A DNA stretch of 64,000 bases, taken from the NCBI GenBank assembly GCA_016186395.1, contig JACPLU010000003.1, positions 148,022 through 212,021 on the forward strand. The letters run 5' to 3'. The DNA is from Parcubacteria group bacterium. Lineage in GTDB: Bacteria; Patescibacteriota; Minisyncoccia; 2-02-FULL-40-12. The notes under the pieces are model-generated. The model saw nothing but the letters and a program-made list of their open reading frames with translations. It searched no databases and was not told where the DNA came from. A program made the position numbers and the translations under genes. This document shows positions 25,955 through 35,439 of this stretch, piece after piece (the stretch's first letter is position 1; the number at the start of each line of letters is the position of its first letter).

Positions 25955-27829
25955 TTACTCTTTTAGAATAGCTCTAACGCGCCTTATACCTGAACTAACG
26001 GCTTCTTCTCTGATGATTTTAAACTGGCCGATTTCTCCAGTATGAGTAACATGCGGTCCGCCGCAAAGTTCTCGACTGAAAGGAGGTCCTGAGCTAGTCG
26101 AAGGATCTGGTCCCACCGTATAAACTTTTACCACTGGTGGGTATTTTTGTTTGGAAAAGAATAATGCTCCAGATTTTTGGGCTTCTTCAAGTGGCATTTC
26201 TTTAAAAGTTACGGGTAGGTCTTTTTTTATAGCTTCGTTAATTAGATCCTCAACCTGTTTAATCTCTTCGTTTGTCATTTTTCTTGGAAATGTAAAATCA
26301 AAACGTAATCTTTCGGCTGTAATATCAGATCCTGCTTGTTTAACTTCGCCATCCAGTACTTTTCTTAATGCGGCCTGAAGCATATGAGTGGCAGTATGAA
26401 GTTTCGTGACTGTTTTTAATTCTTGTTCGTCAGCGGCCTTTAATTCTCCAGTATCAAGCAGTAACCCATGACCGCCGAATTTTTTTTCTATTCCGGCACG
26501 GGAGAGTTCCTGGTGTTTTTTAAATTCTTTATCAAAATCTTCTCGATTTAGATTTTTAGCTTTTTCTCCGCCTAACTCTTTTATTATTTCATAAGGCAAT
26601 CCAAAACTTTCATAAATTTTGAATGTTCCGGATGCATCAAAGACTGGAATTTTTGCTAATTCTTTGAGTCCACTTTTTAATGTTTTCTCGAATTTTTCTT
26701 TTTCATTGTCAAATTCGTGAATAATTAAATTTCTATCTAAATCATGATAAATTGGGCTGTAGATTTCGTGAATTTTTGCGAAAATATCATGCATAATTGT
26801 TAAATCCATTTTATGGATCTGACCGTAAGTTATAACCCTACGCATTAAACGGCGAAGTATGTAGCCTTGTTCTTTATTTGAAGGTCGTACTCCATCTGTA
26901 ATTAAAAAAGCAATGGCTCGACTGTGATCAGTAATAATTCTTTTTATTCTGGTGTCTTCTATTGGAATAAGGTTTAAAATTGGAGAAAATAGAGCCGTTT
27001 CAAAAATACTTTTTGTATTTTGTGCGATCATAACTAAGCGTTCTAGACCCATCCCCGTATCTATTCCGTTTTTTTCAAGTGGAGTAAGTTTTGTTTTATT
27101 GGAAAGAAGTTGTTCTCGTGAGCCGTTGCAAAAGAATTCGTTAAAAACTATATTCCAAATTTCAACATCCTGTCCTTGAGTATTTTTACAATAAATTTCG
27201 GTTGTTGGTCCACAAGGACCGGAGTTTCCGGTTGGTCCCCAAAATACATCTTCCATACCTTCCTCCCGAATGTCGGATACGCCTAATGATTGCCAGATTT
27301 TTTTTGATTCTTCATCTTTTGGAACAGTCGCTTGTCCTGAGCTTGTGGATTCGACAGGCTCACCACCCTGAGGCTTTGTCGAATGGGTCGAAGAAGATCC
27401 TTTAAAAACTGAAACATGAGAAATCGTTAGCCCCATTTCGTTGGTAATAAATTTATGAGCGTATTCAATCGCTTCTTTTTTAAAGTAGCTTGTCTTAAAT
27501 AGAGTTGAAGGGCCGCCCTTGGCCGAACCATTAGGTTTTAGGCCGAAACTAAAATTTCCAAGCATTTCAAAAAAAGTTAAATGTGATTCGTCCCCTATTT
27601 CGTCAATATCTGATGTGCGCATAGATTTTTGGATTGACACAGTATTTAAAGATCCAAAATCCTTCATTGGATCAGCTTCTCCAGTATAATAGGGTTTAAA
27701 TTGTTGCATTCCGGCAGTTGTAAAAAGAACCGACGGATCATCGGGTAAAAGCGAAGATGAAGGTACAATGGTGTGTCCTTTCTTTTCAAAGAAATCTAGA
27801 AACTTTTTACGGATTTCAGTATGAGTCAC
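25955..27829 (-). CDS. alaS: Alanine--tRNA ligase, compact form (624 aa). It has the catalytic and editing domains but no C-terminal C-Ala domain, and it carries a low-complexity in-frame insertion.
   Basis: FTTAGMQQFKPYY is the class II AlaRS motif. HTATHMLQAALRKVLG and CGGPHV are the editing-domain zinc motifs. The insert GSSSTHSTKPQGGEPVESTSSGQATV is encoded by a GC-rich palindromic element. Confidence 0.85.
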   Translation of the reverse strand: MTHTEIRKKFLDFFEKKGHTIVPSSSLLPDDPSVLFTTAGMQQFKPYYTGEADPMKDFGSLNTVSIQKSMRTSDIDEIGDESHLTFFEMLGNFSFGLKPNGSAKGGPSTLFKTSYFKKEAIEYAHKFITNEMGLTISHVSVFKGSSSTHSTKPQGGEPVESTSSGQATVPKDEESKKIWQSLGVSDIREEGMEDVFWGPTGNSGPCGPTTEIYCKNTQGQDVEIWNIVFNEFFCNGSREQLLSNKTKLTPLEKNGIDTGMGLERLVMIAQNTKSIFETALFSPILNLIPIEDTRIKRIITDHSRAIAFLITDGVRPSNKEQGYILRRLMRRVITYGQIHKMDLTIMHDIFAKIHEIYSPIYHDLDRNLIIHEFDNEKEKFEKTLKSGLKELAKIPVFDASGTFKIYESFGLPYEIIKELGGEKAKNLNREDFDKEFKKHQELSRAGIEKKFGGHGLLLDTGELKAADEQELKTVTKLHTATHMLQAALRKVLDGEVKQAGSDITAERLRFDFTFPRKMTNEEIKQVEDLINEAIKKDLPVTFKEMPLEEAQKSGALFFSKQKYPPVVKVYTVGPDPSTSSGPPFSRELCGGPHVTHTGEIGQFKIIREEAVSSGIRRVRAILKE

Positions 27830-28011
27830 AAATTAAGTGTATAAAAAAAGCCTCTTAGCGGCAAATAGTTAATCCTTAAATGAACTTTTTGAGTTTAGGC
27901 TTGAGGTATTCGTTTTTGGTTTAATAGAAATCTAAATATGGCAGGATTTTGACTTTTATGCTATAAATTTAGGAATAATCGTTTCGTATTTTAACAAAAA
28001 GGAGAGGATAA

Positions 28012-28509
28012 ATGTCCCAAACTCAATGCCGAAGGTTGAATTCACCTGTTATTTTTCAAAAAGAGCTAACCTTTAAGCCCAAAGAACAATTTGAAATTAT
28101 TGATATAACGGAAGAAATGCAGAAATTGGTTAGATCGATGCATATTACTATCGGTTTTATGCATCTGATTTCGATGCATACCACGACAGCGATTTTACTA
28201 AACGAGAATGAAAAGTTTTTATTGAATGACTTTCGTCATATTTTTCGATGTTTTCCTTTAGGCATTGTTCCGGATGGTTACCTATTTGGCCACAATGATC
28301 TTAAGATGCGTCGTATTACATCGCCAACCTTAGATGAAAGTGAGTGTCCCAATGCTGAAGCACATTGCTGCTCAATTTTCTTAAAAAATGATCAAATGCT
28401 TCATATTAAGTATGGAGAACTTATATTAGGTCGTTGGCAGAGAATTTTGTTGGTTGAGTTGGATAAGCCTAAGGAACGGCAGATTTCTGTTTTAATAATG
28501 GGAGGGTAA
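28012..28509 (+). CDS. YjbQ/UPF0047 family protein (secondary thiamine-phosphate synthase-like)
   Basis: TTAILLNENEKFLLNDFRHIFRCF...GRWQRILLVELDKPKERQISVLIMGG matches the conserved YjbQ fold. Confidence 0.7.
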   Translation: MSQTQCRRLNSPVIFQKELTFKPKEQFEIIDITEEMQKLVRSMHITIGFMHLISMHTTTAILLNENEKFLLNDFRHIFRCFPLGIVPDGYLFGHNDLKMRRITSPTLDESECPNAEAHCCSIFLKNDQMLHIKYGELILGRWQRILLVELDKPKERQISVLIMGG

Positions 28510-28525
28510 TTACCCTCTTTTTGTT
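28502..28525 (+). terminator. Rho-independent terminator overlapping the stop codon of the preceding gene
   Basis: The hairpin gagggtaattaccctc is followed by tttttgttgttt. Confidence 0.55.
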
Positions 28526-28628
28526 GTTTGAGGCATTCGTATTGGCTTGTCCTTCGATAGACTCAGGACCCTGAGCTTGTCGAATGGGTAGATTCGAATT
28601 GTATTGCTGTTTAGGTGGCCAAAGTTCT

Positions 28629-29915
28629 CTAAGTAATTATTCCCCCTCCTAAAACAATATCTTTTTGATAAATTACTGCAGATTGGCCAGGGGTTATGGC
28701 CTTTTGTGGCTTTAGGAACTTTATCGTTCCATTTTTTTTAACTATGGCTTCTTGATCTGGTTGGCGGTAACGAGTTTTAACTGTCACTTTGAACGGAAAG
28801 TCAGGATGGTTATTAGTCCAAGTCATGTTTTTTAATATGGCTGAAGTTTTAAATAATTGGCTTTCTTTGGTTAAGGTATCAACAAAGAGAGTATTTTTTT
28901 TAATATCTTTTCCAGAAACGAAATAAGTTTTTCCATTACCTTGAATATTTAAACCATGACGCTGGCCAATGGTGTAATAATAAATCCCATCGTGCTTACC
29001 GACGGTTTGACCGTTTTTGGCATAAACAATATTTCCCGGTTTTGGTTTTATATAATTTTTTAGAAATTCATTCATTTTTAAATCTCCGACAAAACAAACA
29101 CCTTGGCTCTCTTTTTTATCCCAATTTGGCAAACCGAATTTTTTAGCAAGTTTACGCACCTCTGGTTTGGTATAATCACCTATTGGAAATAAACAATGTT
29201 TTAACTCTTTTTGAGTCAGAGTATATAAAAAGTAAGATTGGTCTTTATTTTGATCCTTACCTTTGTGAAGCTCGAAAGTATAAGACGACAAGCTTTGTGA
29301 GGTAATTTGAGACGGCGCGGGCATGGTTCCGGGTAGAATACCTGGAGAGCGCCGGCTCAACTTAGAGAAATTCCTCGCTGGGGAATTTCTCGTGCCGAAC
29401 AAGACTTGTCGTCTTTTTATCCCGGCGTAATGACCGGTGGCAATATAATCCGCTCCTTCTTTTAATGCCTTTTTTAAAAAAGCCCCAAACTTTATGTGTT
29501 TATTACACATTACATCGGGGTTTGGGGTGAGACCTTGTCGGTATCCGTTAATCATGTAGTTAGTAACCTTTTTTTCATACTCATTTGACAAATCCCAAGT
29601 TAAAATAGGAATTCCTATTTTTGCAGCAACACGCACGGCATCCTCTCGATCTTGTTCCCACATGCAGTTAGTTGTTGGTTGATAGTTGTTCGTTGATAGT
29701 TGGCTTTGCCATGGTTTCATAAAAACTCCGACTACATTGTAGCCCCTAAACCCCTTTGGGGTCGGGCGACCAAATAATCTTTTAAAATTATTTGGTTTAG
29801 CCTGTTTTAGTAAAAAAGCGGCAACAGAGGAATCTACTCCACCAGACATTGCGACATAAACCGTTTTTTGTTCTGACCTTGACATAGTTTTATTTAAGTA
29901 ATAAGATAATATCAT
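28629..29915 (-). CDS. mnmA: tRNA-specific 2-thiouridylase MnmA, with a ~45-aa in-frame insertion
   Basis: The PP-loop SGGVDSSV and CNKHIKFGAFL...ATGHYA are MnmA signatures. The insertion 29282..29415 is bounded by an 11-bp inverted repeat (AAGACGACAAG / CTTGTCGTCTT). Confidence 0.85.
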   Translation of the reverse strand: MILSYYLNKTMSRSEQKTVYVAMSGGVDSSVAAFLLKQAKPNNFKRLFGRPTPKGFRGYNVVGVFMKPWQSQLSTNNYQPTTNCMWEQDREDAVRVAAKIGIPILTWDLSNEYEKKVTNYMINGYRQGLTPNPDVMCNKHIKFGAFLKKALKEGADYIATGHYAGIKRRQVLFGTRNSPARNFSKLSRRSPGILPGTMPAPSQITSQSLSSYTFELHKGKDQNKDQSYFLYTLTQKELKHCLFPIGDYTKPEVRKLAKKFGLPNWDKKESQGVCFVGDLKMNEFLKNYIKPKPGNIVYAKNGQTVGKHDGIYYYTIGQRHGLNIQGNGKTYFVSGKDIKKNTLFVDTLTKESQLFKTSAILKNMTWTNNHPDFPFKVTVKTRYRQPDQEAIVKKNGTIKFLKPQKAITPGQSAVIYQKDIVLGGGIIT

Positions 29916-29944
29916 AATTTAGCAATTTACCAAAGGAGAATCAA

Positions 29945-30238
29945 ATGAAAAAACTCGCTCTGGTTTTGATTTGTTGTACACTTTGGCTTTCTTCTTCTAT
30001 TTTTGGTTTAGGAATGGTGAATTATTACCTTATTGAGAAATATCATTATCACGATAATTTAACTTACGAAAAGATAAATCTATTTGTATATAGGAATTTA
30101 CTGGGTGTTGTAGCGATTATACCGGGGCCGATTATTTTAATTGTGTCTATTATAGAAGTAAGTCGTCGAGAAAATTTGCCTCATTCAAAGTGGGGTCTTG
30201 CCTATACAAAAAATATGACATGGCCTAAATATCATTAA
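29945..30238 (+). CDS. Hypothetical small membrane protein
   Basis: ORF with two hydrophobic helices and an SD-like AAAGGAGAA upstream. Confidence 0.35.
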   Translation: MKKLALVLICCTLWLSSSIFGLGMVNYYLIEKYHYHDNLTYEKINLFVYRNLLGVVAIIPGPIILIVSIIEVSRRENLPHSKWGLAYTKNMTWPKYH

Positions 30239-30321
30239 TAGACTTCCCGCCACGCTTTGCGCGGTTTTTTTGTCCTTCCTAAGCCTTGGCGGAGGAGAAT
30301 GATTTATGTATACTTTTAACT

Positions 30322-30831
30322 ATGTTAAAACTCAAAGTTGGTCAGAAAGCGCCAGATTTTAATTTACCAGATCAAAACGGGAAACTGCATAAGTTAAGTG
30401 ACTATAAAGGAAAAGGGGTTTTGCTTTATTTTTATCCTAAAGATGATACTCCAGGTTGTACAAAAGAAGCATGTGGGATACGGAATAGCTATAGTCGGTT
30501 TAAGAAACAAAAGTTGGTGGTGTTGGGAGTAAGTGTGGATTCGGTTAAAAAGCACGCTAAATTTGCTAAAAAATATAAACTGCCATTTACGCTGTTAGCA
30601 GATGAAGAGAAAAAAGTCGTTAATCTTTACGGAGTCTGGGCAAAAAAGAAGTATACCCTTCGCCCTCGCTCAGGGCGGGTGGGCCGGGAATACATGGGAA
30701 CTCTAAGAACCTCTTTTCTCATTGATTCTAAAGGAAGAATCGTAAAGATTTATGAAACCGTCAAACCCGAATTTCATGCCAAAGAAGTTCTAATTGACCT
30801 TAAGAGTCAGAAATATTCAAAAGTCTTTTAG
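30322..30831 (+). CDS. bcp: Peroxiredoxin Bcp (thiol peroxidase), with a ~11-aa in-frame GC-rich insertion
   Basis: [17 protein letters not shown]...[16 protein letters not shown] is the Bcp active site. The extra segment [11 protein letters not shown] is encoded by cccttcgccctcgctcagggcgggtgggccggg. Confidence 0.8.
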   Translation: MLKLKVGQKAPDFNLPDQNGKLHKLSDYKGKGVLLYFYPKDDTPGCTKEACGIRNSYSRFKKQKLVVLGVSVDSVKKHAKFAKKYKLPFTLLADEEKKVVNLYGVWAKKKYTLRPRSGRVGREYMGTLRTSFLIDSKGRIVKIYETVKPEFHAKEVLIDLKSQKYSKVF

Positions 30832-30833
30832 TT

Positions 30834-32201
30834 TTACTGTCCGTTTATTAAATCCTGTTCTATTTCAGCTGCTTTTTGCAAGACTAATCTGGCATAACTA
30901 TTGCAAATGGCTCTAGTACAAGTTGGGCTCCCGCTAACATAAGCTTTGGCGGCTCGGGTTTCACCATAAGCATTTTTGGAAGTTGCTCCTCCAGCGGCTA
31001 GCTTTATAGAAGCGCCCGTAAAAGCGTCTTCAATATTCCATGGATTTGGAGGATTATGCCCGGTTAAATTTGCTACTCGTGATTCATATCCAAGCCAGGT
31101 TGTTGGTATGAATTGAGCCGGTCCCATAGCGCCACCGCAGCCATAATTTGGTTCTCTAGAAACTTTTAATGTGTTTATATCAAGGTTAAGCTTGTTTACG
31201 ATTTGGAGTAATGCCGCTTTTTCTGCTTCTGCTCTGTCGCGTCTACCCAATCTTAAATAGCAGTTATACATATCGTCCAGCCAGTTGCCTGTTCCGACGT
31301 TTTGTCCCAATCTAGACTCTATTTCTAAAATTGCAAGCAGAAATGCCGGCCTTATTCCGGTTGCAATAGCGGCAAGCTGGCCGTATTTAATTGCGTCTTC
31401 GACAGTAATTCCTTGTTGAATTAAAAAAGTGATTTGGTTTTTTATACTTGTTATGTCTTTTTGGGACAGTTGAATTAATTTTTGAAATCGCGTTTCCTGG
31501 TTTTTAGTGTCTTTGAGAATTTTGTCTTTGCTTTGTTTAACCGAAGCCAAACTTTGTTTTTGTAATTCTTGGATTTTTTTCAATCTTAGTTGTTCTTCTT
31601 TTTGTGTTTCTAGTTGCTCTCTTTCATTTTCTAAATTCAATTTAAGATTTCTTAGTTGTTGAATATTGATTTGAGCCTGTTCCTGGGCGTTGCGTATGGC
31701 ATCAGAGTTGTTGAAAAACTCTGAAATGCTGTTGTGTTTAAGCAGTAAGGCTACTAAACTAATTTGATCATTTGATTCCGTGAATCTAATAAATTCAGCA
31801 ATAGCAGTTTTTAGTTTATCAGTTTTAATTAATGAGGTTTGAATTTGGTCATTAGTCTCTTGGATACCAAGGGAGGTATTATCTATAGCCAGGGTTAAAC
31901 TTTTGATTTCAAGCTGGATTCCTTGAATTTGATTGTTCAATTTGGATACCTCGTTTTCTAATGTTCTGGCTAATCCCTTATTTTGATCAATTTTTTGTTG
32001 ATAATCCGCAATCTGTTTTTCAAGCTCTTCAATCTGTTTTTGTCTAGCGTTAATTTCATCTTGAACTGCAGCGTAAGCCTGGGGTTGATAATATAAAATC
32101 AGACCTACAATTGAGGTTACAATGATAAAAAAACTAATAAAAATAGGGAATTTCCTCACTATTTTTATTTTACAATATTTTAAAAATTGGCAATATGGCA
32201 T
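30834..32201 (-). CDS. Membrane-anchored coiled-coil protein with a C-terminal lytic transglycosylase (SLT-like) domain
   Basis: N-terminal transmembrane helix, long coiled coil, then LAILEIESRLG and GPAQFIPTTW, which resemble SLT catalytic motifs. Confidence 0.6.
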   Translation of the reverse strand: MPYCQFLKYCKIKIVRKFPIFISFFIIVTSIVGLILYYQPQAYAAVQDEINARQKQIEELEKQIADYQQKIDQNKGLARTLENEVSKLNNQIQGIQLEIKSLTLAIDNTSLGIQETNDQIQTSLIKTDKLKTAIAEFIRFTESNDQISLVALLLKHNSISEFFNNSDAIRNAQEQAQINIQQLRNLKLNLENEREQLETQKEEQLRLKKIQELQKQSLASVKQSKDKILKDTKNQETRFQKLIQLSQKDITSIKNQITFLIQQGITVEDAIKYGQLAAIATGIRPAFLLAILEIESRLGQNVGTGNWLDDMYNCYLRLGRRDRAEAEKAALLQIVNKLNLDINTLKVSREPNYGCGGAMGPAQFIPTTWLGYESRVANLTGHNPPNPWNIEDAFTGASIKLAAGGATSKNAYGETRAAKAYVSGSPTCTRAICNSYARLVLQKAAEIEQDLINGQ

Positions 32202-32236
32202 AGGTAAAAAAATTATTTTAATGTATTATTAAGTTA

Positions 32237-32647
32237 ATGGGATTTTTTATCAAACTATTATTATTTTTAGGCGTTATTGCCGGCATCTATTCATTTTTTG
32301 GCGGCAATACTTTTTCTAATCTAAAAGGGAAAATTATAGAAGTGGTTAGTCCCCCGTCACCTAGAGAAAAACTCGTTAGCAATTTGAGTAATAACTTTAA
32401 TAATTTAGAAGCTCTTATAAACAAATTGGGGTCTGACAGTATTTCTGTCCAAGAAAAGTTCAGTCTTAGCGGTGAGGCTCAAAAACTCGTTCATCAAACA
32501 GAGGATCTGGTTTCTGACCTAAACAATCTTGCTAAAAGTTCTGATAACGGAATATTTAAGACTGTTCTAAATAAAGTTTTGCCACAAACACAAAGTCCTA
32601 CACCCACTAGCGGTTTACAAGTTCAGTGTATTGAGCCTGGTGAATAA
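32237..32647 (+). CDS. Hypothetical secreted protein (136 aa). Its last codons and stop lie within the left TIR of MITE copy 4.
   Basis: N-terminal hydrophobic helix. The ORF ends ...PGE-TAA inside GGTGAATAA. Confidence 0.35.
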   Translation: MGFFIKLLLFLGVIAGIYSFFGGNTFSNLKGKIIEVVSPPSPREKLVSNLSNNFNNLEALINKLGSDSISVQEKFSLSGEAQKLVHQTEDLVSDLNNLAKSSDNGIFKTVLNKVLPQTQSPTPTSGLQVQCIEPGE

Positions 32648-32784
32648 TACTCTTTCTCTTTCTTCGCAAACCCCAGCGTGATTTGCTCAGGGGTTGAGCC
32701 CTTCGCTCTTCCCAAGCTCTTTCTAAAGAGCTTGGAAAACCATGCCCGCTACGGGCTCAAAACCCGTTCAAGAGTATTATTCAC
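32639..32784 (+). mobile_element. MITE-like element copy 4
   Basis: Perfect 16-bp TIRs (GGTGAATAATACTCTT / AAGAGTATTATTCACC). The central hairpin is ccaagctctttctaaagagcttgg. Confidence 0.8.
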
Positions 32785-32986
32785 CAAGTTAAAAGATTTA
32801 ATCGTTTAGTTTGAAAATAATTTAAATACATGTTACGGTGTGGGGATGAATCCCGTAGTGAAAATTCGAATAGATTTACATATGCTAAGTCACTATGGGG
32901 TTTAAGAGATACAATATAAAAGGAGTTTGGATAGTGTTATATAGATTCTAAAAATCATAAAGCATTATTCGAATTTCTACTACGGG

Positions 32987-33229
32987 ATGAAGTCATCCAT
33001 ACACCCAAAATACTATCCGGAATCTTCAGTAAAGTGTGTTTGTGGTAACACGTTTAAAGTTGGCTCGACAAAGTCAAATCTTGAGATAGAAATTTGCTCT
33101 AATTGCCATCCTTTCTATACGGGTCATGAAAAAGTTTTAGATACCCGAGGAAGAGTAGAAAGGTTCAAAAAACGTCTTGAAAAGAAACAAACTCTTGTTT
33201 CAAAGAAAGGTCTCAAGAAGAAAAAGTAA
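32987..33229 (+). CDS. rpmE: 50S ribosomal protein L31
   Basis: MKSSIHPKYYPESSVKCVCGNTFKVGSTKSNLEIEICSNCHPFYTG is the L31 zinc ribbon. Confidence 0.85.
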   Translation: MKSSIHPKYYPESSVKCVCGNTFKVGSTKSNLEIEICSNCHPFYTGHEKVLDTRGRVERFKKRLEKKQTLVSKKGLKKKK

Positions 33230-33276
33230 TTAACCTTGATTGAAATATAGTATTAAGTAAACTTTTAACACAGGAC

Positions 33277-34149
33277 ATGGCTCTAGAAAAAGAATTAGAT
33301 GAAATAAATCAACAACTCGGCCAGCCCGAGGTTTTTTCAGATTATAAAAAGTCTGCAGAATTGTTAAAACGAAAAGCAGAGTTAGAGAGACTTCAAAATA
33401 CAGATGCCTCTGAAATCGGTGCAAATGAAGTAATAGTTGAAATAAGGCCTGGTGTTGGAGGGGATGAAGCAACTTTGTTTGCGGGTAACCTTTACAATAT
33501 GTATAGGAAATATGCTCAAAATAAAGGATGGCAGGTTCATCTTTTAGATTATTCTCAAAATAACATTGGTGGTTACAAGAATATTACTTTTGAAATTTCA
33601 GGGAGAGATGTTTATAAGCATCTTATAATGGAAAGCGGAGTTCATAGGGTTCAGCGAGTTCCAGAAACCGAAAAAAGCGGTAGGGTTCATACTTCAACCG
33701 CTACGGTAGCGGTTCTACAAAAAGCAAAAGAGACGGATATAGAGTTAAAAACAGAAGATTTAGAAATTTCATTTTTTCGTTCTGGCGGTCCTGGCGGGCA
33801 AAATGTAAATAAGGTTGAAACAGCTGTGAGGATCATTCATAAACCTTCTGGATTGGTGGTTGCTTCCCAAGAAGAGAGATCCCAGCAAAGAAATAGAGAA
33901 AAAGCAGTGGAGATTTTGAAAACAAAACTTTTAGATATGAAAAAACGTGAAGAGGCTGAAAAAACAACTGAAGCTAGGAAAAACCAAATTGGGGGCGCAG
34001 AAAGATCGGAGAAAATTAGAACTTATAATTTTCCTCAAGACAGAATTACTGACCATAGGGTTAATAAAAACTGGAGCAATATTGAAAGTATAATGGACGG
34101 GAATTTAGACAAGGTTATTGATTCTTTAGTTATTTCGGGTAAGTATTAG
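33277..34149 (+). CDS. prfA: Peptide chain release factor 1, short form
   Basis: VPETEKSGRVHTS is the RF1-type PxT tripeptide region, and SGGPGGQNVNKVETAVRIIH is the GGQ motif. There is no SPF motif. Confidence 0.8.
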   Translation: MALEKELDEINQQLGQPEVFSDYKKSAELLKRKAELERLQNTDASEIGANEVIVEIRPGVGGDEATLFAGNLYNMYRKYAQNKGWQVHLLDYSQNNIGGYKNITFEISGRDVYKHLIMESGVHRVQRVPETEKSGRVHTSTATVAVLQKAKETDIELKTEDLEISFFRSGGPGGQNVNKVETAVRIIHKPSGLVVASQEERSQQRNREKAVEILKTKLLDMKKREEAEKTTEARKNQIGGAERSEKIRTYNFPQDRITDHRVNKNWSNIESIMDGNLDKVIDSLVISGKY

Positions 34150-34170
34150 TCTATTCGACAAGCTCAGTTT

Positions 34171-34674
34171 ATGATGACAAAAAAGGAAGAAGATTTTAAA
34201 TATCAGCCAATGCTTGGTCCGGAATTTGAACCCGGTCCTGGTTGGGGCAAGAAATTTTCAAGTTGGTTTAAGTCTGTAATACCAAAGAGACTTTTTCCAC
34301 TGATTGCGGTTCTGTTTTTGGTTCTTGGTTTGTATTCGTTTCTCTCTGTTGTAAATATTCCCTATAATGATAGTCAGCTTTCGTATCAAAGTGCAGAATT
34401 TATCTCTATTTTAGTTCAGCCGTCAGACGGTTTTATCAAGGTTGCAAGACGGGCTTTAGATCAGTTTCTCGTTCAAAACGAAACTTTTGCCGATAAATTG
34501 GGACCAGAACAAAAGTTGTTTATAGAGCAATATTTATACGATAAGAATCGTCAAGTATCTGTTATTGTTGGGCAGGAAGTTAAAATATTGGCTACTGATT
34601 TAGAAGAGGCTATTGCTTCTGCTTTGGTTTTGCCAGAACATACTCTTGCTAGATGGCGTGAATATTTAAAATAG
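34171..34674 (+). CDS. Hypothetical membrane protein (167 aa)
   Basis: ORF with one transmembrane helix (LFPLIAVLFLVLGLYSFLSVV). Confidence 0.35.
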   Translation: MMTKKEEDFKYQPMLGPEFEPGPGWGKKFSSWFKSVIPKRLFPLIAVLFLVLGLYSFLSVVNIPYNDSQLSYQSAEFISILVQPSDGFIKVARRALDQFLVQNETFADKLGPEQKLFIEQYLYDKNRQVSVIVGQEVKILATDLEEAIASALVLPEHTLARWREYLK

Positions 34675-34676
34675 AC

Positions 34677-34700
34677 CCCGGCTTTAGTCGGGGTTTACTT
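34677..34700. terminator. Hairpin between convergent genes
   Basis: ccccggctttagtcgggg is followed by a T-rich run. Confidence 0.4.
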
Positions 34701-34725
34701 TAAAATTAGTCACAGATTTTCTAAA

Positions 34726-35376
34726 TTAAGTTTTTATTTCCTCACTAGGTTCTTCTTCTTTTTTCTCTTTCTTTATAATTTCTACTTCTTCTGGGGTTGC
34801 AACCGTTTCTTCTTCTTTTTCTTCGGCTCTAGGCGCCTGAACCTTAGCAATCGTAGTCTCAAGGTCAATTGCTATTTCAACATTTTTGGGAATTAAAATA
34901 TCTTTAATTAATAGAGAATCACCGAAATTTTTAAGTTTGGATATGTCGACAGTTAGTTCGTGGGGTAAGTCAATCGGCAATGCTTTGACTTCAACTTCGT
35001 CTATTATTCTAACCAGTATTCCGCCCAATTCTTTAACTGCAGGAGACTCTCCAATGAATATTAATTTTACTGGAGCATTAATTTTTTCGTCCATCCTGAC
35101 CTTATAAAAATCGACATGAATTGGCGCATTCCTAATAGCTTCATGTTGAACCTCATGGATAATTACAGGGTAAAAGTTTTCGTTAATTTTAAGAGATATT
35201 AGACTTGATTCACCTGCTTTTTTGTAGACCTTTTCAAAATCTTTAGTCAATACTTTAAGAGGTATATTTTTAAAGTCATGGCCATAAATTATACCAGGCA
35301 AAAGACCGGTTTTTCTTAGGCTGTTAGTATTTAAATTTATGTCTCGTTGTTCACTATTTAGTTCAATTTTTTCCAT
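34726..35376 (-). CDS. rplY: 50S ribosomal protein L25 / general stress protein Ctc
   Basis: RKTGLLPGIIYG...PVKLIFIGESPAVKELGGIL matches the L25/Ctc beta-barrel. It has an acidic C-terminal tail. Confidence 0.8.
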   Translation of the reverse strand: MEKIELNSEQRDINLNTNSLRKTGLLPGIIYGHDFKNIPLKVLTKDFEKVYKKAGESSLISLKINENFYPVIIHEVQHEAIRNAPIHVDFYKVRMDEKINAPVKLIFIGESPAVKELGGILVRIIDEVEVKALPIDLPHELTVDISKLKNFGDSLLIKDILIPKNVEIAIDLETTIAKVQAPRAEEKEEETVATPEEVEIIKKEKKEEEPSEEIKT

Positions 35377-35439
35377 AGAGCCTAGCTTACCATAAGTTTA
35401 GTAAACTGAAAAGCCTCCTATATACGGAGGCTTTAAGGC

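Noticed and set aside
27337-27395. tmRNA or tRNA fragment, because GGATTCGACAGG resembles the tmRNA 5' acceptor/T-arm region
   Set aside because: The motif belongs to the recurring GC-rich palindromic element family found at eight sites. It lies inside the alaS reading frame, and no tRNA-like 3' half is present.
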